From positions 35,712,001 to 35,776,000 of the forward strand of contig NC_091283.1 in the NCBI RefSeq assembly GCF_032444005.1: a stretch of 64,000 nt of DNA. Reading direction: 5' to 3'. The position numbers and the translations under genes are program-made. The notes under the pieces were generated by a model. It made no database searches. It was not told the origin of the DNA and saw nothing but the letters and a program-made list of their open reading frames with translations. The DNA is from Ranitomeya imitator. Its lineage: Eukaryota. Below, in pieces: positions 39,360 to 64,000 of this stretch (position 1 is its first letter; each line of letters starts with the position of its first letter).

Positions 39360-40290
39360 GCGCAAAGGAGTCAGATGGCACTGAGGAGTCTGATGGCGCG
39401 GAGGAGTCTGATGGCGCGGAGGAGTCTGATGGCGCGGAGGAGTCTGATGGCACGAAGGAGTCTGATGGCACGGAGGAGTCTGAAGCAGCAGGCCAGCAAA
39501 GGAGGAAATGGCGCCTCGCGGGAGTCATGGCAACTCCTCTTCTTTTTGGGGGGGATAGTGTCCCAGTTATTTCAGGAGGATTGACAAGCATGGAGAGGTC
39601 GATGGTCGGTTTAATATTCCACCTTTATTTATGGCGGAGTCTGATGGCGCGGAGGAGTCTGATGGCGCAGAGGAGTCTAATGGCGCGGAGGAGTCTGATG
39701 GCGTGGAGGAGTCTGATGGCACGGAGGAGTCTGATGGCACGGAGGAGTCTGATGGCACAGAGGAGTCTGATGGCACGGAGGAGTCTGATGGCACGGAGGA
39801 GTCTGATGGCGCAGAGGAGTCTAATGGCGCGGAGGAGTCTGATGCAGCAGGCCAGCAAAGGAGGAAATGGCGCCTCGCGGGAGTCATGGCAACTCCTCTT
39901 CTTTTTGGGGGGGATGGTGTCCCAGTTATTTCAGGAGGATTGACAAGCATGGAGATGTCGATGGTCGGTTTAATATTCCACCTTTTTTTATGGCGGAGTC
40001 TGATGGCGCGGAGGAGTCTGATTGCGCTGCAGAGAAGTGTGATGGCGCGGAGGAGTGTGATGGCGCGGAGGAGTGTGATGGCGCGGAGGAGTCTGATGGC
40101 GCGGAGGAGTATGATGGCGCGGAGGAGTCTGATGGCACAGCAGGCCAGCAAAGGAGGAAATGGCGCCTCGCGGGAGTCATGGCAACTCCTCTCCCTTCTT
40201 TGAGGGGACGGTGTCCCAGTTATTTCAGGAGGGTGGACAAGCATGGAGATGTCGATGGTCGGTTTAATATTTCACCTTTATTTATTATCA
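39360..40290. repeat. Compound repeat: three ~300-360-bp units, each an 18-bp array plus a ~150-bp unique module
   Basis: 18-mer GGAGGAGTCTGATGGC(G/A)C arrays alternate with a conserved AGCAGGCCAGCAAAGG...TTAATATTCCACC module three times. Confidence 0.9.
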
Positions 40291-40389
40291 TTCATTGGAA
40301 GAATGAAAAAGGCATGAAAGATAACACAGCCCAATGTGACCGGATACATAGAACCACTGACACTAGTTCCACAATGAATAAAGTGTGCA

Positions 40390-40850
40390 GTTGCTAAGGA
40401 ACACAAAAGAACCCCAGCAGGAAAATATAGGTGTTGCTAAGGAAGGCCTGGTCGGTTGCTAGGGAGCCCCACAGCCTTTTTTTTTTGTGACTGACAGAGA
40501 AGTGGTCACGTGACAGCCATTGACCCTCAAAGAGGAGGGCGTGGTCACTATTTTAATACTAAAGCCTTCTTTACATTTCATAACCAATCAACGGGCGCGA
40601 AGAGCAGTCGCTAGGAAAGCGGTTGCTAGGTGGAAGCGGACTCACCTTCGCTGATTGGAGGAAGCTGCTGTCGTGTGGCCACGCCCACCTCTCTCCCCTC
40701 GCGCTTATCTGGAGCCGGGCTTCTTTTGTTTCGGGGGCGCGCAGCAGAGTGCGGGTCGGCGGGGGCGCGCAGCTGATGGACGCGGTGTACAGGCGGCCTG
40801 ATGTGCGCGCCGCCCTGCACTGACACTGCCCGGTGCGTCTGTGGGGAGAG
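40390..40850 (+). promoter_or_regulatory. ATAT1 CpG-island promoter and non-coding exon 1
   Basis: Five RFX X-box-like GT(T/C)GCTA(A/G)G motifs (40390, 40433, 40455, 40606, 40622), GTCACGTGAC 40505-40514, GC box, CCAAT on both strands. Donor GAG|GTGAGT after 40850; next acceptor 42757 precedes the ATG exon. Confidence 0.7.
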
Positions 40851-41045
40851 GTGAGTGTGCACAGGGCTGTATGCGGCCACACTGATGTGTATATATATCT
40901 CCTCCCCATAGGGTGAACCCCACAGAGTGATAGAATGGGGGCCCCTGACCGCCCCTATATTAGTCCTCTATGGGAGTGATGGAATGAGTTGGGATCCATG
41001 TGGTGACATTGTAGGGCTCGGAAATGTGACATCATAGTGTGTACA

Positions 41046-42152
41046 GGGCCCCAGGGTGACAGTGGGCTCCAGGGTGACAGTGGGCCCCTGGGTGACAGTG
41101 GGCCGCTGGGTGACAGTGGGCTCCAGGATGACAGTGGGCCGCTGGGTGACAGTGGGCCGCTGGGTGACAGTGGGCCGCTGGGTGACAGTGGGCCGCTGGG
41201 TGACAGTGGGCCGCTGGGTGACAGTGGGCCCCTGGGTGACAGTGGGCCCCTGGGTGACAGTGGGCCGCTGGGTGACAGTGGGCCCCTGGGTGACAGTGGG
41301 CCCCTGGGTGACAGTGGGCCCCTGGGTGACAGTGGGCCCCTGGGTGACAGTGGGCTCCAGGGTGACAGTGGGCCGCTGGGTGACAGTGGGCTCCAGGGTG
41401 ACAGTGGGCCGCTGGGTGACAGTGGGCTCCAGGATGACAGTGGGCCGCTGGGTGACAGTGGGCCGCTGGGTGACAGTGGGCCCCTGGGTGACAGTGGGCC
41501 CCTGGGTGACAGTGGGCCCCTGGGTGACAGTGGGCCCCTGGGTGACAGTGGGCCCCTGGGTGACAGTGGGCTCCAGGGTGACAGTGGGCCGCTGGGTGAC
41601 AGTGGGCTCCAGGGTGACAGTGGGCCGCTGGGTGACAGTGGGCTCCAGGGTGACAGTGGGCCGTTGGGTGACAGTGGGCTCCAGGATGACAGTGGGCCGC
41701 TGGGTGACAGTGGGCTCCAGGATGACAGTGGGCCGCTGGGTGACAGTGGGCCGCTGGGTGACAGTGGGCCCCTGGGTGACAGTGGGCCGCTGGGTGACAG
41801 TGGGCCCCTGGGTGACAGAGGGCCGCTGGGTGACAGTGGGCCGCTGGGTGACAGTGGGCCCCTGGGTGACAGTGGGCCGCTGGGTGACAGTGGGCTCCAG
41901 GGTGACAGTGGGCCGCTGGGTGACAGTGGGCCGCTGGGTGACAGTGGGCCGCTGGGTGACAGTGGGCCCCTGGGTGACATTGGGCCGCTGGGTGACAGTG
42001 GGCCGCTGGGTGACAGTGGGCCCCTGGGTGACAGTGGGCCCCTGGGTGACAGTGGGCCGCTGGGTGACAGTGGGCCGCTGGGTGACAGTGGGCCCCTGGG
42101 TGACAGTGGGCCCCTGGGTGACAGTGGGCCGCTGGGTGACAGTGGGCTCCAG
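41046..42152. repeat. 18-bp GC-rich minisatellite (~61 units) in ATAT1 intron 1
   Basis: Unit GGTGACAGTGGGCCGCTG with CCCCTG/CTCCAG variants. Confidence 0.97.
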
Positions 42153-42224
42153 GCCGCAATATTTGCTTCCTTCTCGCCTTCCTAGAGCTATGGCATTCAT
42201 TTTTTTTTTTTTTTGCACAAGTAT

Positions 42225-42261
<37 letters not shown>

Positions 42262-42849
42262 GTTTTGGGCCCTGAATGACTCTCATATATATATATTTTT
42301 TTTCAAATTCTTTTTATTTTGCGTGTTTTTATTTGTGTTTGTTTTTTTTTAACTATTCCAAGGTAAAGCTTCCATTTTAAAATAAAATATATATAATGTT
42401 ATTAAAAATTTGTTTGAGATAATGTTTGTTAGATATTTCCTTAGGTTGGATTGTTCCACATGCGCCCATATTTTTTTTATAACAATACATTTTTTTTTTT
42501 ATTAAAAAAAACAATCTTATAACAGAAAAAAACTTGATTACACAATTATACAATATAGCAGTCATGTCCACATTTTTTATTTTTATGATATTTACTTTCC
42601 GGGAAAAGGACGTGATGTGAATGTTTGTTTATACAGATATATGTATTTCTTGGTGTGAGTGCGCTGGTGACCTGTATGCCTGTACTGTGGTATTTATTGC
42701 TTCCTTCCATCCTCCTGGCTCTGGTGGACGCTCATCCCACCCTTCTGTCCCTCACAGGGGCTTTCTATAAGAGGCGGCGTCGGTGGGACATGACCCTAAA
42801 TCCGAACTCATCATCTGGAACTGAATTATAGTTTCACCCGGCAACCAAG

Positions 42850-63910
<21,061 letters not shown>

Positions 63911-64000
63911 GTAAGAGCCGCTCCATGTATTAATCCTATGTGTAACGCAGGGGCAGACGTGAGTGTTGTCTTCAGGCAGACGGCGGCAGCGCTATTATAC

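Noticed and set aside
40582-40630. MHC class II S-X-Y module (CCTAGCAAC...TGATTGG on the minus strand)
   Set aside because: X-to-Y distances are ~39 and ~24 nt, not the fixed ~34 recalled for HLA-DRA, and there is no X2 CRE; a generic RFX+NF-Y promoter explains it.
41037-42185. Collagen-like (GDSGPL)n ORF and mucin-like ORFs on the other strand
   Set aside because: They are translations of an 18-bp intronic minisatellite open in most frames; no signal peptide, COLFI domain or splice context.

Overview
Vertebrate genomic DNA, most likely an anuran frog (inferred from the repeat landscape, not proven), corresponding to the MHC-linked PPP1R10/MRPS18B/ATAT1 gene cluster. It holds the first two coding exons of MRPS18B (- strand), head-to-head with a complete 18-coding-exon PPP1R10/PNUTS gene (+; 848 aa by my exon assembly), and a 3'-incomplete ATAT1 (+). 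Much of the rest is repeats. These include a young but defective chromodomain Ty3/Gypsy (sushi-like) LTR element with an apparent self-priming PBS, two near-identical IR/DR Tc1 transposons (one with an intact DD34E ORF), a degraded L1, many Harbinger/hAT/Kolobok(T2)/pogo MITEs, fold-back Penelope-like insertions with minimal hammerhead motifs, and several minisatellites. The most striking observation is a ~37-copy 30-bp tandem array in an ATAT1 intron in which most units carry a consensus CTCF site and the rest carry near-consensus variants. A ~49-copy 39-bp array near the bidirectional promoter carries MTF-1 MRE consensus sites. Comparisons with human proteins and published motifs are from memory; no searches were run.
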